DNA of 56,688 nt, the filler included, from Dimargaris cristalligena (Eukaryota), in assembly GCA_003614675.1 (NCBI GenBank). It is 5 parts of 5 records of this genome, joined end to end, with 100 filler letters (N's around TTAATTAATTAA, not from the genome) between each part and the next. Parts side by side here need not be neighbours in the genome. Positions count along the whole stretch, not along the records: positions 1 to 11,358 come from ML003119.1; positions 11,459 to 22,765 come from ML003121.1; 3 more parts are not named here. One strand, written 5' to 3'. This document shows, one piece after another, positions 1 through 13,482 of the stretch (positions are counted from its first letter, which is position 1; the number at the start of each line of letters is the position of its first letter). A program made the position numbers and the translations under genes. The notes beneath the pieces are model-generated. The model made no database searches. It was not told where the DNA came from and worked only from the letters and a program-made list of their open reading frames with translations.

Positions 1-52
1 GGCGATGGATGGGTGGATAATATAGGGGGGGAAGACTATGTCCGTCCTCTAA

Positions 53-66
53 AGGTCACGTGACCT
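53..66. promoter_or_regulatory. Perfect 14-bp palindrome AGGTCACGTGACCT with a CACGTG E-box, ~1.5 kb upstream of ACC1
   Basis: Palindrome seen directly; bHLH binding is inferred from the motif only. Confidence 0.25.
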
Positions 67-83
67 AAATATGATGGCCCCCT

Positions 84-130
84 TATATGGATTTTACCTT
101 ATATAGTTGGGTTGAACTTCGCCCATATAC
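84..130. repeat. Partial copy (one end) of the MITE-like family
   Basis: CCTTATATAGTTGGGTTGAACTTCGCCCATAT resembles the ends of the copies at 33796-33938 and 22866-22954. Confidence 0.65.
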
Positions 131-1557
131 AGTAAGAGATGAAATGGCCAACATGATGATATTGCAACCTAGGGAGGTCACCATCACCCACCAGCAGGAG
201 ACCGATCCTCCCCACAGTACCCCTCACCCGAGTGAGGAAGAACCCCTGGATGAGGACATGGACTACCCGCTGGAAGAAGGCGCCTCTACCCCAACAGCAC
301 TAGAACTGTGACGTTTTACGACCCTTGTCTAACGCACATAATATTACTGGTGTGTCCCTTCGCGTCTCCTTAATTATCATTCGGCAGTTCGAGTCATCGC
401 TGCTTTGCATTACTCCGGGTTACCCCAGCCCGACCACAACACGCCATAATTGTGTCCTGCTTTCAGTAACTACATTAACTTCTTATAAAAAGGACGTCTT
501 CGGTGCACGTCAAAAAAAGAACAATCATCATAGCCCTCAACATTCTACATCACCGCTTTAGTTCTTCCATTTATTTCCCTATTTCTATCTATTATTTTAT
601 TATACCCCGAATAAACCCTCGTCGTAACACCAACATTGACGTTGGATAAACTGGGGTCATCTCTAAACGTCTATATCGTTACAAGAACAGCACCTCATCT
701 CGGAGGGATAAAACAGACTGTCTGGAGCGGCCGATTGTTTACACCTTGTCTGCGAAATAAATACTTATACATTTATTATCTATCTTCAACCCTTGCCCTA
801 CTCGGCGCGCTACTATTTCCCTGCCCTCCTCGGCCTAATCTGGTTACAATATATACGGTACCCCCCATTCATTCGTGTCGTCAGAAAGGGAGAAGGGGAA
901 ATAAGTTGGTGATGGGAAGAGGTCAATATGCTAGCTGCTTATCAGGTTCCCTACATCAGCCAATCATCCGACTTTAAAATAACGTCTGATCTTGGTAAAC
1001 TACGCGTCTCACCTTGCCTTTACACCACTGGCTGTATGCTCTAGTCTCGGCGCATGTACCCAACCGGGGGTTGCAAAGCACTATATATATACCGGAGGAC
1101 CTCCCACACACCGGCGGGGTCACCTTTGATCTATTAATTCCGGCCCACTATTCCCTTTACTACAGCCGTCCCCGTTTCTTTACCCTTGGAGAGAGGCCAC
1201 CGTCCTGCTTCATTTATCTCTTCACCCTGCACCAGAGGTCCACCGAACGGCGGGTTACATCAATCCCGTTATATTTGCCGAGGTTCTGCCACCCTCTCCC
1301 CATATATTTTACCCGCCCTAACTTTACTGTTCCAGCGTCACGCCACGCTCCTGTTTATCGTGGGAGACTTAACTACCCTTTTCTTGTTCTGAACCCGGCT
1401 TCTAGTTCCCTGTTATTCTCGCCCACTTCCTTCAATCACTTATTTAGAACCATTCCGCGGCATCCCCTTTTTGTTACTCTCCTTCTGACTACTTGAGAAC
1501 CCTATTGCCTTTATTTGACCAAATAGTAAGCTGATCCCCCCCTCGTTGGCTCCTCCC

Positions 1558-4500
1558 ATGGCGACCTCTAGCGCAACCGATTTTATTGGTAAGTTGAACT
1601 TCCCCGAGCCCCTTTCCTAAGTCCAATCGTCCTGCCAGTCTGATTTATACTCTACCATCCCGTCACCCGTCCGCCCAATGGAGGCTTCTTGGTGAGCGGC
1701 ATGGTGTCCGCTTTCATTTGACCCCGGGGCCTTTTCGTCCCCCGCTATTGCTATGGCTGTGATAAACCAGTGCCTCGCCATCGTTGATTTATCAATTAAT
1801 GGTGATCATTATTCGACTCTCGACTCACCATATCCCCCCTCTATGGCTATATCCCATGTCCTTGACTACCAACCTACTGGCCAGCACTAACACCCCATTA
1901 CTTTATCGATTGACTGGTAACGACACTGTATGACTGAATAGGCGGCAACTCTTTGCCGAATGCCCCCGACAGTGTGGTCAAGCAATTCGTGCAGGACCAG
2001 GGCGGGCATACCGTCATATCCAAGATTCTGATCGCCAATAACGGTATTGCCGCCGTAAAAGAAATCCGTTCCATCCGGAAGTGGGCCTACGAGACCCTCG
2101 GCAATGAACGCGCCATTGAATTCACCGTCATGGCCACTCCCGAGGACTTGAAGGTCAACGCCGAATACATCCGCATGGCTGATCAGTGCATCGAAGTGCC
2201 CGGTGGTTCGAATAACAACAACTACGCCAATGTGGATTTGATTGTGGATGTGGCCGAGCGGGCCAACGCCCACGCGGTCTGGGCCGGCTGGGGCCACGCA
2301 TCCGAAAATCCCCGGCTGCCCGAGAGCCTGATGGCAAGTCCCCAGCGTATTGTGTTCATTGGACCGCCGGGCTCGGCTATGCGCTCCCTCGGCGACAAGA
2401 TCTCATCCACCATCGTGGCCCAGTCAGCCAACGTACCCACACTACCCTGGAGTGGTGATGGCATCACTGAAACAGTGGTCAATGATCAGGGCTTCTTGGA
2501 AGTCCCGGAGGGCGCCTACCAGGCTGCGACTGTGTACACCGCCGAAGAGGGCCTGGCCCGGGCGATTAAAATTGGATTCCCGGTGATGATTAAGGCCTCC
2601 GAAGGCGGGGGTGGTAAGGGTATTCGTAAAGTGGAAAACGCCGAGGAATTCCCCGCCGCGTTCCACCAGGTGCAGGGCGAAGTGCCCGGCTCACCCGTCT
2701 TTATCATGCAGCTAGCGGGCGACTCTCGCCACTTGGAGGTCCAGCTCCTGGCGGACCAGTACGGTAACGCCATTTCATTGTTCGGCCGTGACTGCTCGGT
2801 ACAGCGCCGGCACCAGAAGATTATCGAAGAAGCCCCCGTTACGATTGCACAGCCCGAAACATTTGAGCTGATGGAAAGGGCCGCCGTTCGCCTAGCCAAG
2901 CTGGTCGGTTACGTCAGTGCTGGTACAGTGGAGTACTTGTACTCCGCCAGTGACGACCAGTTCTACTTCTTGGAACTTAACCCCCGTCTTCAGGTGGAGC
3001 ACCCCACCACCGAGATGGTTTCGGGCGTGAATCTGCCTGCCGCTCAACTGCAGGTGGCCATGGGCATCCCGCTTCACCGAATTGGGGATATTCGGGAGCT
3101 CTACGGCATGTCCCCCCAGACCACCGAACCCATTGACTTTGACTTTGAATCCCCCGAGTCCTTCGAACTACAGCGTCGCCCCACCCCCAAAGGACACGTC
3201 GTTGCCGTTCGTATAACCGCCGAGAACCCCGACGCCGGCTTCAAACCCAGTAGTGGCATGATGCACGAGCTCAATTTCCGTAGCGGTACCAACGTGTGGG
3301 GCTACTTCTCAGTGGGCACCTCAGGAGGGCTCCACGAGTTTGCCGACAGCCAGTTCGGCCATATCTTTGCCTACGGTGTCGACCGGCATCAGGCTAGGCA
3401 GCAAATGGTAGTGGCCCTGAAGGAAGTATCTATCCGGGGTGACTTCCGAACCACGGTCGAGTACTTAATCCGTCTCTTGGAAACCCCGGACTTCACTGAT
3501 AATACCATCAATACGGGCTGGCTCGACAAACTCATCTCGTCCAAGCTCACCGCCGAGCGCCCCGATACCCTCCTAGCGGTTATTTGCGGAGCCGCCCACA
3601 AAGTTCATGTTCAGGCCGAGACCAAGATCCAGGAGTTCAAGCATATTCTGGCTCGAGGCCAGGCCCCTGGACGGGATATGCTCAAGCCGGTGTATACCGT
3701 CGAGTTCATTTACGAAGACGTGCGCTACCAATTCACCGCCACCCGCTACTCGCCCACCGGCTATACGCTGTACCTCAATGGCACCAAGCTAGCGGTCACC
3801 GTGCGTCCCTTGTCGGATGGCGGTCTGCTTATTTTACTGGACGGGCGTAGCCATACCACCTACGCTCGCGAGGAGGTGGGGGCCACCCGTCTGACCATCG
3901 ACGGCAAGACCTGCCTCTTGGAACAAGAGAACGACCCTACCCAGCTACGCTCCCCTTCGCCGGGTAAACTGGTCCGCCTTCTGGTGGAATCGGGTGACCA
4001 TATCAGCGCCGGGGCGGCCTATGCCGAAATCGAGGTCATGAAGATGTATATGCCCCTTTTGGCCGGCGAGGACGGAGTGGTGCAGTTTGTCAAACAGCCG
4101 GGCTCGTCTCTCGATGCGGGTGACATTATCGGTATTCTTACCCTGGACGACCCCAGCCGGGTCAAGCATGCCATCCCCTTCACGGGTATTTTGCCCGCCA
4201 CGGGGCCACCGCAGTCGGTGGGTGGGAAGGCCCACCAGCGTTTCCGCCAGGTGCACCAGACTCTGAACTGGGTTCTGGATGGCTTCGACAACCAGGCCTA
4301 CGTCCCCGTCGGGGTCAAGGATTTGGTTGAACTGCTCCATAACCCCGAGCTGCCCTATCTGGAGTTCCACGAAATGTTCGCTGTCTTGCGTAGTCGTCTC
4401 CCTCCCTCCCTCGAGGCGGCCCTGCATGCCTGCTACAAAGAAGCTCTCCAGGCGGCGGCGGCCTCCTTCAGCCCTCCCGCGATTCATCATCGGCCTCGCC

Positions 4501-7500
4501 AGGACAGTAACGTGAGCACCATATCCCAACTGTCCGGTATTTCCGATATGTCGGTGTCCCGTTTGGGGGATTTCCCCGCCGTCAAATTACTCGAGATTGT
4601 TCAGCGCCATATGCGCCAAGAGGCCAAGGCCCAACCCAGCGAGGCCGTTCGCCTTGCCGCGGTCGTGCTGCCTCTGGTCGAGTTGATTGAGCAATACCGG
4701 GATGGTCTACGGGGCCACGAGAAACAGGTGTATCTTGGTTTGTTGCGCAAGTACCTCGAGGTCGAGGTCTTGTTCGACGACGGCCGCCGCCGTGAGGAAG
4801 AATTGGTCCTTATGCTACGTGACCAGTACAAAGACAACCCCGACCGTATGTACGAAATTCTGCTCTCCCATTCCAGCGTGAACAACAAGAACCGACTGGT
4901 GCTTCTACTCCTGGACGAGATCTCCTCTCTCTTTGACCAGGGTCTATTGGAGGACGATTTTGCGCAAGTGCTCAAACAGTTGGCGGATTTGCGTAGTCGC
5001 CGTACCTCCAAGATTTCCCTGCGGGCCCGCGAGGTGCTGGTCCAGTGCCAACTACCCTCCCTGGAGGAACGTACCCACCAGGTCGAACGTATGTTGCGCA
5101 ATGCCACCACCGAGAGCATCTATGGGGCCGGGGAAGCCTACCGTACCCCCAGCTATGACGCCATCAAGGACCTGGTGACCACCAATTTCCATGTCTTTGA
5201 CGTCCTCCTCACCTTTTTGCACCACGAAAACCCCTGGATCCAACTGGCTGCCCTGGAGGTCTACTGTCGCCGCTCCTACCAGGCCTACGAAATCTTACGC
5301 ATGGACTACCGTACGGGGAAGCGCCCCTTCGCTGTGCATTGGCAGTTTGCTCTCCAGGAGACCCTCCCAGCCGCCACTTCTCTGGGCTCCCCCCGTAACA
5401 GGGGCGCCGTTGCCTCTGACAGTAGTTTCAACAAACGCATCGCCAGTGTATCCGATATGAACTACCTCGTCGACTCCTCCGAAGCTAATCGGACGAATGG
5501 GCGTCGTGGTGCGATGATCTCGTACGCCAGTTTCGACGAGATGGAGGATAATCTGATGGACCTATTGGAGCTCTTCCCGGTCCAGAGTAGTGGGCTAACC
5601 ACCGCGTCCAGCTCCGCCAGTGATAGCGACCCCATTGGTCATGTGCTGTACATTGCCCTCCAGGTATCCAGCTCCAATGATTCCGATGACGATGAATGGA
5701 AGCGTAAATTAACAGCGCTTACCCAGGCCTTCGCGCCTGACCTGCGTGAGCGTGGAATTCGTCGGTTAACCTTCCTGACTCTGCGCTACGGCCAGGTTCC
5801 CGGCTACTTCACCTTCCGTGAACAGACGGGCTACCAGGAGGACCCTACCATTCGCCACGTGGAACCGGCCCTGGCCTACCAGATTGAACTCCCCCGTCTC
5901 TCCAACTTTGACCTCAAGCCGGTGTTTGTGGGCAACCGTCAGCTCCATATGTACTATGCCGTGGGTAAAGAGAATCCGGCCGATTGTCGGTTCTTCGTGC
6001 GCGCCCTCGTACGCCCCGGCCGATTGGACTCACCTAACCTTACCGTCGAGTACCTGATCAGTGAGGGTGACCGTCTGTTGACGGATATCCTGGATGCCCT
6101 GGAAATTGTGGGTTCCACCCACCCCAACTCCGACTGCAACCACCTGTTCATGAACTTTGTGCCCACCATCAACGTGGACCAGTCCGAGTTTGAACCGGCT
6201 CTAAACGGGATTCTGGACCGACACGGTAGCCGACTCTGGCGGCTGCGCATTACCTCCGCCGAGATTAAGTTCAGCGTGCAGAACCCATCGGGCGGTCACC
6301 CGCACATTGTTCGTTTCGTGGTAACCAACAAGGCCATGTATATCCCCCACGTGGATGCGTACATGGAAACGCGCAACGCCGAGGATCAGTGGGAGTTCTA
6401 CTCATTCGATTCGCCCCCTGGTCCGCTCCACCGCCTGCCCGTCACGACCCCCTATCCGACCAAGGAATGGCTGCAGTCCCGTCGCTACCGCGCCCATGTG
6501 ATGGGTACCGCCTACGTGTACGATTTCCCCGACCTCTTCGGCCAGGCGCTCAAGGCGGCCTGGGACAAGGCGATTACCGCGAATCCACGTCTAAGCCGCC
6601 CCGCGGTGTTCATTGAGACCCGCGAGCTTATTCTTAACGAGCACGGGGAGCTCCAAGAAGTGGTCCGGGAACCCGGTAAAAACACCTGTGGTATGGTGGC
6701 CTGGCTGTTCACCCTGTATACGCCCGAGTACCCCACTACTGGTCGGTCGGTGGTGGTCATTGCCAACGATATTACCTTCCGGATCGGCTCATTCGGTGTT
6801 GAAGAGGACCGCCTGTTTTATCATGCCAGTCAATTAGCCCGGCAGCGCGGATTGCCCCGCATTTACCTTTCCGCCAACTCGGGGGCCCGTATCGGACTGG
6901 CCGAAGAAATTCAGCAGATGTTCCAGGTCGCCTGGGAGGATCCCGATGACTCCAGCCGTGGCTTCCGGTACATTTACCTCACCCCCGAGGCCTACCAGAA
7001 GGTGAACCAGGATCCCGAGCGGCCGTCGGTAATTGCCCACGCCATTGAGGAGGCCGGTGAAACCCGCTATCAAGTTACCGACATCATCGGTCTGAGCGAA
7101 GGTCTCGGGGTGGAGAATTTGCGCGGATCCGGACTAATTGCCGGTGAAACGTCGCGGGCCTACGAGGACAATATCACCATCACGTTAGTGACCTGTCGCT
7201 CGGTGGGCATTGGCGCCTACCTGGTTCGTTTGGGCCAGCGCACGATTCAGAATGATGGCCAACCGATTATTCTGACCGGTGCCCCGGCCCTTAACAAGGT
7301 CCTGGGTCGCGAGGTTTACGCTTCCAACCTCCAACTCGGCGGTACGCAAATTATGTACAAGAACGGTGTCTCGCATCTAACAGCCGATAATGATTTCGTG
7401 GGTATCCAAAAGATTCTGCGCTGGTTGGCCTTTGTGCCGGCCAAGAAGGGGGCGCCCCTCCCAATCGTACCCAGCATGGACCCCCATGATCGACTCATCG

Positions 7501-8903
7501 ACTTTGAGCCTCCCCGTGGTCCCTGTGATCCGCGCCTGTTCCTGGCGGGTACCACAGAGGAAGACCCTGCGACGGGCGAGTCCCGCTGGTTAAGTGGCTT
7601 CTTCGACCGCGACTCCTTCGTGGAGACTCTAGGCGGCTGGGCCCGTACGGTGGTGGTGGGTCGGGCCCGACTCGGTGGTATTCCCATGGGTGTCATTGCC
7701 GTGGAATCCCGCTCGGTCGATATGGTCATCCCGGCCGATCCCGGCAACGCCCAGTCCGAAGAGCAGTCCATTGCCGAGGCGGGCCAAGTATGGTACCCCA
7801 ATTCGGCCTACAAGACAGCCCAGGCGATCAACGATTTCAATCAGGGCGAGCAGCTGCCCCTGATGATTTTCGCCAATTGGCGTGGTTTCTCCGGTGGTCA
7901 GCGGGACATGTTCAATGAGGTACTCAAGTACGGGTCCTACATTGTGGACGCCCTGAGCCACTACAAACAGCCAGTTTTCGTCTACATCATTCCCAACGGC
8001 GAACTCCGTGGTGGTGCCTGGGTCGTGGTTGACCCCACCATTAACAGCGATATGATGGAAATGTACGCCGATCGGAAGGCGCGCGCGGGTGTGCTGGAAC
8101 CTGAAGGTATGGTGGAAATCAAATACCGCAAGGCCCAGTTGCTGGTGACCATGGAACGCATTGATGACCACTATCGTGAACTCAAGGCCGCGGCCGAAGC
8201 CCCGGGCTTGTCAGAGGCTGACAAGGCTACCGCCTTGGCCAACCTGGCCGCGCGGGAACGCCAGCTCCTCCCGGTATACTCCCAAATTGCCCTCCACTTC
8301 GCCGAACTTCACGATACGCCGGGACGCATGCAAGCTAAAGGTGCCATTCGGCGTATCTTGGACTGGAAGGACGCGCGCCGTTACTTCTACTGGCGTACGC
8401 TCCGCCGTGTCCAGGAAGAACACGCCCGCCGGGCCATTGTTACGGCCTGCCCCAGTACTGACCGTAGCCAGCAAACGACCTTGCTTAGTCGCTGGTTCTA
8501 CCAAGACAACCCGGACCTGCTGCCCCTGGCTGACCTCAGTCTCCAGACTTCCAATGATTCTAGAGGAAATAGTGGTAGTAGTAACAAAGCCGGCGAGAAT
8601 GGTCAGAGTACTACCCCTAGCGGCAGTCCCTTGGTAACCCACGAGCACGACAGTGCCATGGAAAAGGCCTGGACCCAGGCTGACAATGACCGGGAAGTGG
8701 CCCAATGGTTCCAAACTCGCCACGATTGGTTGCAGAAGTGTATCCAAAAGCTCGAATCCACCCACCGGCGTACCCAGATTGTTACCCTAGCGGCCCAGAA
8801 TCAGCGCGATTTCCTTGCGGGCGTGAAAGACTGGCTCAGTGCACTACCGGATTCCGATCGCCAGGCCGCTTTGCAGAGTGTTCGGTCGTTACTCGACGGC
8901 TAA
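1558..8903 (+). CDS. ACC1: Acetyl-CoA carboxylase (BC-BCCP-CT); exons 1558-1588 and 1942-8903
   Basis: 2316-aa ORF with ILIANNGIAAVK, GGGGKGIR, biotin site EVMKM, the Snf1/AMPK-type loop KRIASVSDMNY and CT motifs (ANSGARIG, NWRGFSGG). Splicing ATG1558..ATTG|gtaagt to aatag|GCGGC restores MATSSATDFIGGNSLPN in frame. Confidence 0.98.
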
Positions 8904-8947
8904 GCTACGAAATGTGTTTACCGCAGAAATATGGCGCGGTTTCTTGG

Positions 8948-8970
8948 TTATTATTATTATTATTATTATT
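8948..8970. repeat. (TTA)n microsatellite in the ACC1 3' region
   Basis: ttattattattattattattatt seen directly. Confidence 0.9.
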
Positions 8971-9089
8971 GCACCTTAACAGACGGCCACAAATTCACCT
9001 TGGCTATATTGCTCTATCCATACATATCCCAAGTACATTTTATTGATCACTTTAATTCGATTGTGATTGATATAATTATTTATAAATAG

Positions 9090-10620
9090 CTAGCCTCCCG
9101 GGTTCAATCCCGGAGGCGAATAAAAACCCAAATTATAAAATCGATCGACTTTAAAAATGGTAAGCTGGTTTGAGTAGGAGACACTTGGTTATTGTGCCAA
9201 TTGTAATGATGTTTCGGGACCATTATTGTAAGGGTTTTCAAACATGACAGCTGTCCTCAAGAGCTTTACCAGTTCACATATGCCTTTATAATGAGTGATT
9301 TTGTAACATCCCTATATTGCTCTAATAATAACTGGATAAACCAATTGGCATTTTGCACTGTATTTCATGATGGTTGGATTATTGGAATTAGGGGCAGAAT
9401 TATAAGGCACATTGAGGAGGTGATATTTGGTATGCTTATACGGTTTTCTTTATTGAGAATTGCGTGAAGTTGGAAAAAGTACATTAGTAGGTAATTCAAG
9501 TTGATATGATTCGGTGGTAGGTGATGTGTAGGAGGGTGATGGGGGAGAGCTTTCTCCACTTTGTATAACCCTATATTGAAAAAATAATGACCTGCTTTAC
9601 CCCTTTCCACCAAACGTTATATTTACAGTTTAAGACAGATGATAGGCATTGTTGACAAATGCCCTGTGATAGGTGATTAAACATAACCTGATTAATATGA
9701 ACTCCCCCGTCTCATGACCAATTAACTGATACTCTTTATCCATTCATTATGTCCTGCCTAATTAAAATGATATCATCTGGATGCCACTTCATACTGCCCC
9801 CCTACTTCAGGTATACTAAAAACAAATGGCGAGGTTAAACATATGTAACCCATCAATAGTTTGTATGGATAGATTGGTAACTTAATTGTGGTGGTGGTGA
9901 TGGGTGTCTATGGAGGGTTTGTTTAATTGCCCGCATTGCTGGGTTAGTTCCAAATTATAAGTGACAAGGCGTCTAAAGAGACTGTAATTGGCCTGGGATA
10001 CATAGGTCATTTTACTACCAAGTTGTGCCCATGTGCATAATATCCAATACCAATTCGCTAAGCTGCCTTGTTTTTCAGTCCTAAATGGATATTCTGAGGT
10101 TTTTGACCAAGTTAGTTAGGCCTGTCCCCTACATAGTGTGATTGTGCCAAGTTGGTTGATTACTTGTCCCAGTCAGGTCGAACAGGACATCAGTGAATAT
10201 GTGTATCCTTTGTTTTGGTAGACACTTAACCGTCTAAGTAACCTTCAATAGTTTGGCCAGATGGTATGGTGCATTAATCCCATTGACTCTAAATCATATT
10301 CTCTATATTTGACCCATCGGGTTTCCTAATCATCATTTCGATACTGTTATACTACCTGCGTATTTGCTTTAGGTATATCTGTTTTGAATAAATGTTTAGT
10401 TTTAATAGTCAGAAGTTTATACCAGGGAATAAGGTCCAAGACAGTTGGTGGTTAATAAAAAGGGTAGCCTATGCCAGCATTAAAAATGTTAGTCAACAGC
10501 ATGGTAAGAAGAAATAGGTGGCTGTATGGCCATATTATAGTGATGATACTATCCAATGGTATTATACTCGGGACAAGTCCATCACCACCTGAAATAGACG
10601 ACATGTTCCAATCACCAACA
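9090..10620 (-). mobile_element. Heavily decayed repeat, possibly the 3' part of a non-LTR (L1-like) retrotransposon
   Basis: AT-rich, visibly CpG-poor, with stops in all frames examined. Minus-strand fragments near 9560-9665 read C..NCK...VERGKAGHYFF...W, resembling a broken CCHC zinc knuckle. Ends in a GC hairpin plus an AT-rich tail at ~9070-9120. Confidence 0.4.
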
Positions 10621-10627
10621 GTAGACT

Positions 10628-11358
10628 TCAGTTGAAGTGGTTATTTGAAGAGCCTTCGGGAATGGCAAAGCCATCCCCATAATGGGAACCATTATGAGCA
10701 ACATCAATGCCCAGCCCCTGCTTAGTGAACGCCCGTCACAGCACATTTATTCTGATCTTGGGTCAGCAGCTCCTTGGCCTGCATGATGGCATTGCAGGCC
10801 ATTATGAATGTGGGTCGACAGGACTGCAGTTTAAGCCCAATCACCACAAGCAAGAGGGCCAGAGTTTTGCCATGGTTGGGCGAGGCCGAGTACAGGTCCA
10901 GCTGGAAGGGAAGGGTTTCCAGGAGGTTCCAGTAGAGTTCATACAGAATGGAAGCCCACACGGTGCTGGTGGTATGGTGGTTGTAAGGTCTGATGCTGTT
11001 GAGAGAAGCATAGCTAAACGGGTTTGTTACCTGGTTAGTCAAATAAGGGAAGTGGCAAATACCCCAGCCAGCCATGACATACTTGTCCAAGAGCATATTA
11101 TCACTGGTGGTGTAGGTGGCCTTCATGCAGAAAATGACAGAGAAGAAGTCACTCCAGCCTTCTCCCATACCACTGGACTCGCCCCAGCCCAGACAGTTGG
11201 CATTGGCAGGGCCACCGGTGAGTCAGTTGGAAATACTGTGGCCGTACTCATGGACAATAATATTACTCTCCAAGTCCCCATCGCATTGAGGGTTAGTTAC
11301 TGTCCAGAGGTACATATGCATACGGGGGCAGGGGCCATCGGGGGGAGTGGCAAAGTTG
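10628..11358 (-). pseudogene. Fungalysin (M36 metallopeptidase) pseudogene, C-terminal part, cut by the contig end
   Basis: Minus frame reads [54 protein letters not shown] (HEXXH plus the EGWSD third ligand). In-frame TGA at 11223-11225; frameshift near 10737 before RAFTKQGLG. Confidence 0.93.
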
Positions 11359-11458
11359 NNNNNNNNNNNNNNNNNNNNNNNNNNNNNNNNNNNNNNNNNN
11401 NNTTAATTAATTAANNNNNNNNNNNNNNNNNNNNNNNNNNNNNNNNNNNNNNNNNNNN
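11359..11458. other. Artificial contig linker
   Basis: 100-nt N block with central TTAATTAATTAA (stops in all six frames). Confidence 0.99.
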
Positions 11459-13338
11459 CGGCTTATTGTCTAACTGTTGTCTGCCATTGCTACGCACAAT
11501 TGCCTGCCGGCGGACAATAGCCCCGATTACAACAGACCGTCTTCCATAGTCGCCATATATGGGGCCAGGGTAGACTAAAACAATATGCACCCTCCTCGGC
11601 CGCTACCACTTCATTAGATCTTATACACACCCCGCACGGTAGCGATCCGGCCTCTAGGGTATTAGTGATAACACACCACCACCACCATCAACCAAACCAC
11701 AGGACGCGTTGTACAGTCAGTAAGTGGGCGGCTCTGCGAGCGAAATGATGAATGGGTTTGGCACTAGGTAGGGCCGCCAATAGAACAATGCACGCGGCGT
11801 GCAAGGGTTAATTACTGCGCAGTTATTTTATTACCCCTACATCCCTCCTCTTATCTACTCATTCTGCTGGCAGCGGTTCATTTCTTCACTATTGTATCTG
11901 GTCATTCCGGAATTTCGGTATGCCTGCCAATGCGCCCACTCGGGTACCAGGGACCCAATCCAATGGCTTTGGCCGGGTGACCATTGCAGTCTTTAGGGCC
12001 ACAAAATAAAATATAGTAATAGCAATAATATATATACATATATGTGAAGCAAAAGTGGAAGCAGAAACCGAGAGCTGGGAGAAGTCCGCCACCATAATCG
12101 AAGGAGTTGCCAAGAGCTAAGAGAAGGGGGCTGGTCTAAGGGATACTTGGCGGACTCAATGCGAAGCTCGTCATATACCCGGGGTGGCCCTAACTAATCC
12201 CCTCCCCTTGAGGCCAAGAAAGGCCGCTAACCCCTCGAAGGCCGAACAACAAGCGGCCAGTAGACCTGCCTAGCCAAGACCTTTCCTATCCCCTCTTTTC
12301 TTCGCCTCCTTGACATGTCAATAATACTAGGCAGAGTTGGCCTGGTGCATTTTAATGTGGTAACCACCCTGCCTTTAGCAAAATAACCAGGGGGGGAGAC
12401 CCCCCCGTTAAGTAGAGAAATTCAATGCTGTCTCTTATTATTTGAACTATCATCATGCGGACCATATGCAACAATGGATCTAATTGAGATGGTCTCATCA
12501 ATATCACATCTGCTTGTCTGTCATTTGATTGCAAGATTATATGAACCCACTTTAATCACAGGTGGGCTAATTACGACCTGTTATGGCATATCCCGGCTTC
12601 TGTATGGGCTGGGCCATGAATGGTTAGTAATGCTGCTGCATCTTATTCTTTGATTCACCGTGTTTACCAACTCCAACTCCGCTAAATGGATAAGTGCCAT
12701 TTCATTATTTTTTAAATAATAAAATACAATAAAAGAATAGACGGCAATAATTAGGCACCAACGAACTGTCAACAGCGAAGAGTTGTTTTGGTGGCCTACC
12801 CCAAACGGACCAACACCAGCGAATAGGCTAAGCCAGTGGAACTGTGTAGTGGTGGTAGATCCTCTTCTCTCCGCAACAGTAGGTTCATCTTTGTGTTCAT
12901 TCGCGGACAATCTTTTGTTCGGCAATACGGTTGGAGATCCACTATTCCGCCCCCCTCTCATCTTTTACTCCCACCTTCTAAAATTATCCCCTTCGCCCCC
13001 GCCCTCACATTCCCCCTACTTCTTATTGAAAAAGCTAGAGCAACGGGTATATTCATACCAGAAAACCGATCCCTTATTGTGGAGTGGCGGATCGGTTGGC
13101 GAAGGTGACTTGGCTGAAAACGATGATAAGAGGTTACTCCGACGAGGCCCACCCACCACACTGACAGTAGTACTTCATTAAACCCCACCTGGTCCTATAT
13201 TTAGCCTGTTTAATCCAGCCTTTCTCGGGGTCTACCTCGATCGGCCCGGTGGATAAAATAGACCGTGATTAACCGCCGGCATGTCAATTGGTCAATCCGG
13301 TTGGCTATCGCGTACACTCCATCATCAATCAAAGTACC

Positions 13339-13482
13339 ATATGGATGAAATTCAAACCAGCTGTATAAGGTTTTACATAATACATGTATGGGCGAATATA
13401 TGTGAGAAAAGCTTTTAACCAGTAATATTGGCCTCACCCAATGGATTTTTCATTATACAGCCTGAATGAACATCTCCCATAT
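13339..13482. mobile_element. MITE-like element (~145 bp, imperfect ~30-bp TIRs)
   Basis: Left end ATATGGATGAAATTCAAACCAGCTGTATAA vs right-end reverse complement ATATGGGAGATGTTCATTCAGGCTGTATAA. Close to the reverse complement of 35759-35902. Confidence 0.8.

Noticed and set aside
87-1496. Short ORFs upstream of ACC1, and a possible N-terminal mitochondrial extension
   Set aside because: No recognisable domains; an in-frame TGA at 1516-1518 closes the frame upstream of ATG 1558.
1887-8765. Many antisense and alternate-frame ORFs over ACC1 (also over the KH, PLD, OYE and TMEM209-like genes)
   Set aside because: Shadow ORFs expected from GC3-biased coding sequence; no motifs.
11223-11225. In-frame TGA in fungalysin as selenocysteine or readthrough
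   Set aside because: The position is a conserved Arg (CGA->TGA), and the gene also has a frameshift and many other lesions.
11459-13300. Scattered splice-like signals and short ORFs
   Set aside because: I could not assemble a convincing or recognisable protein.
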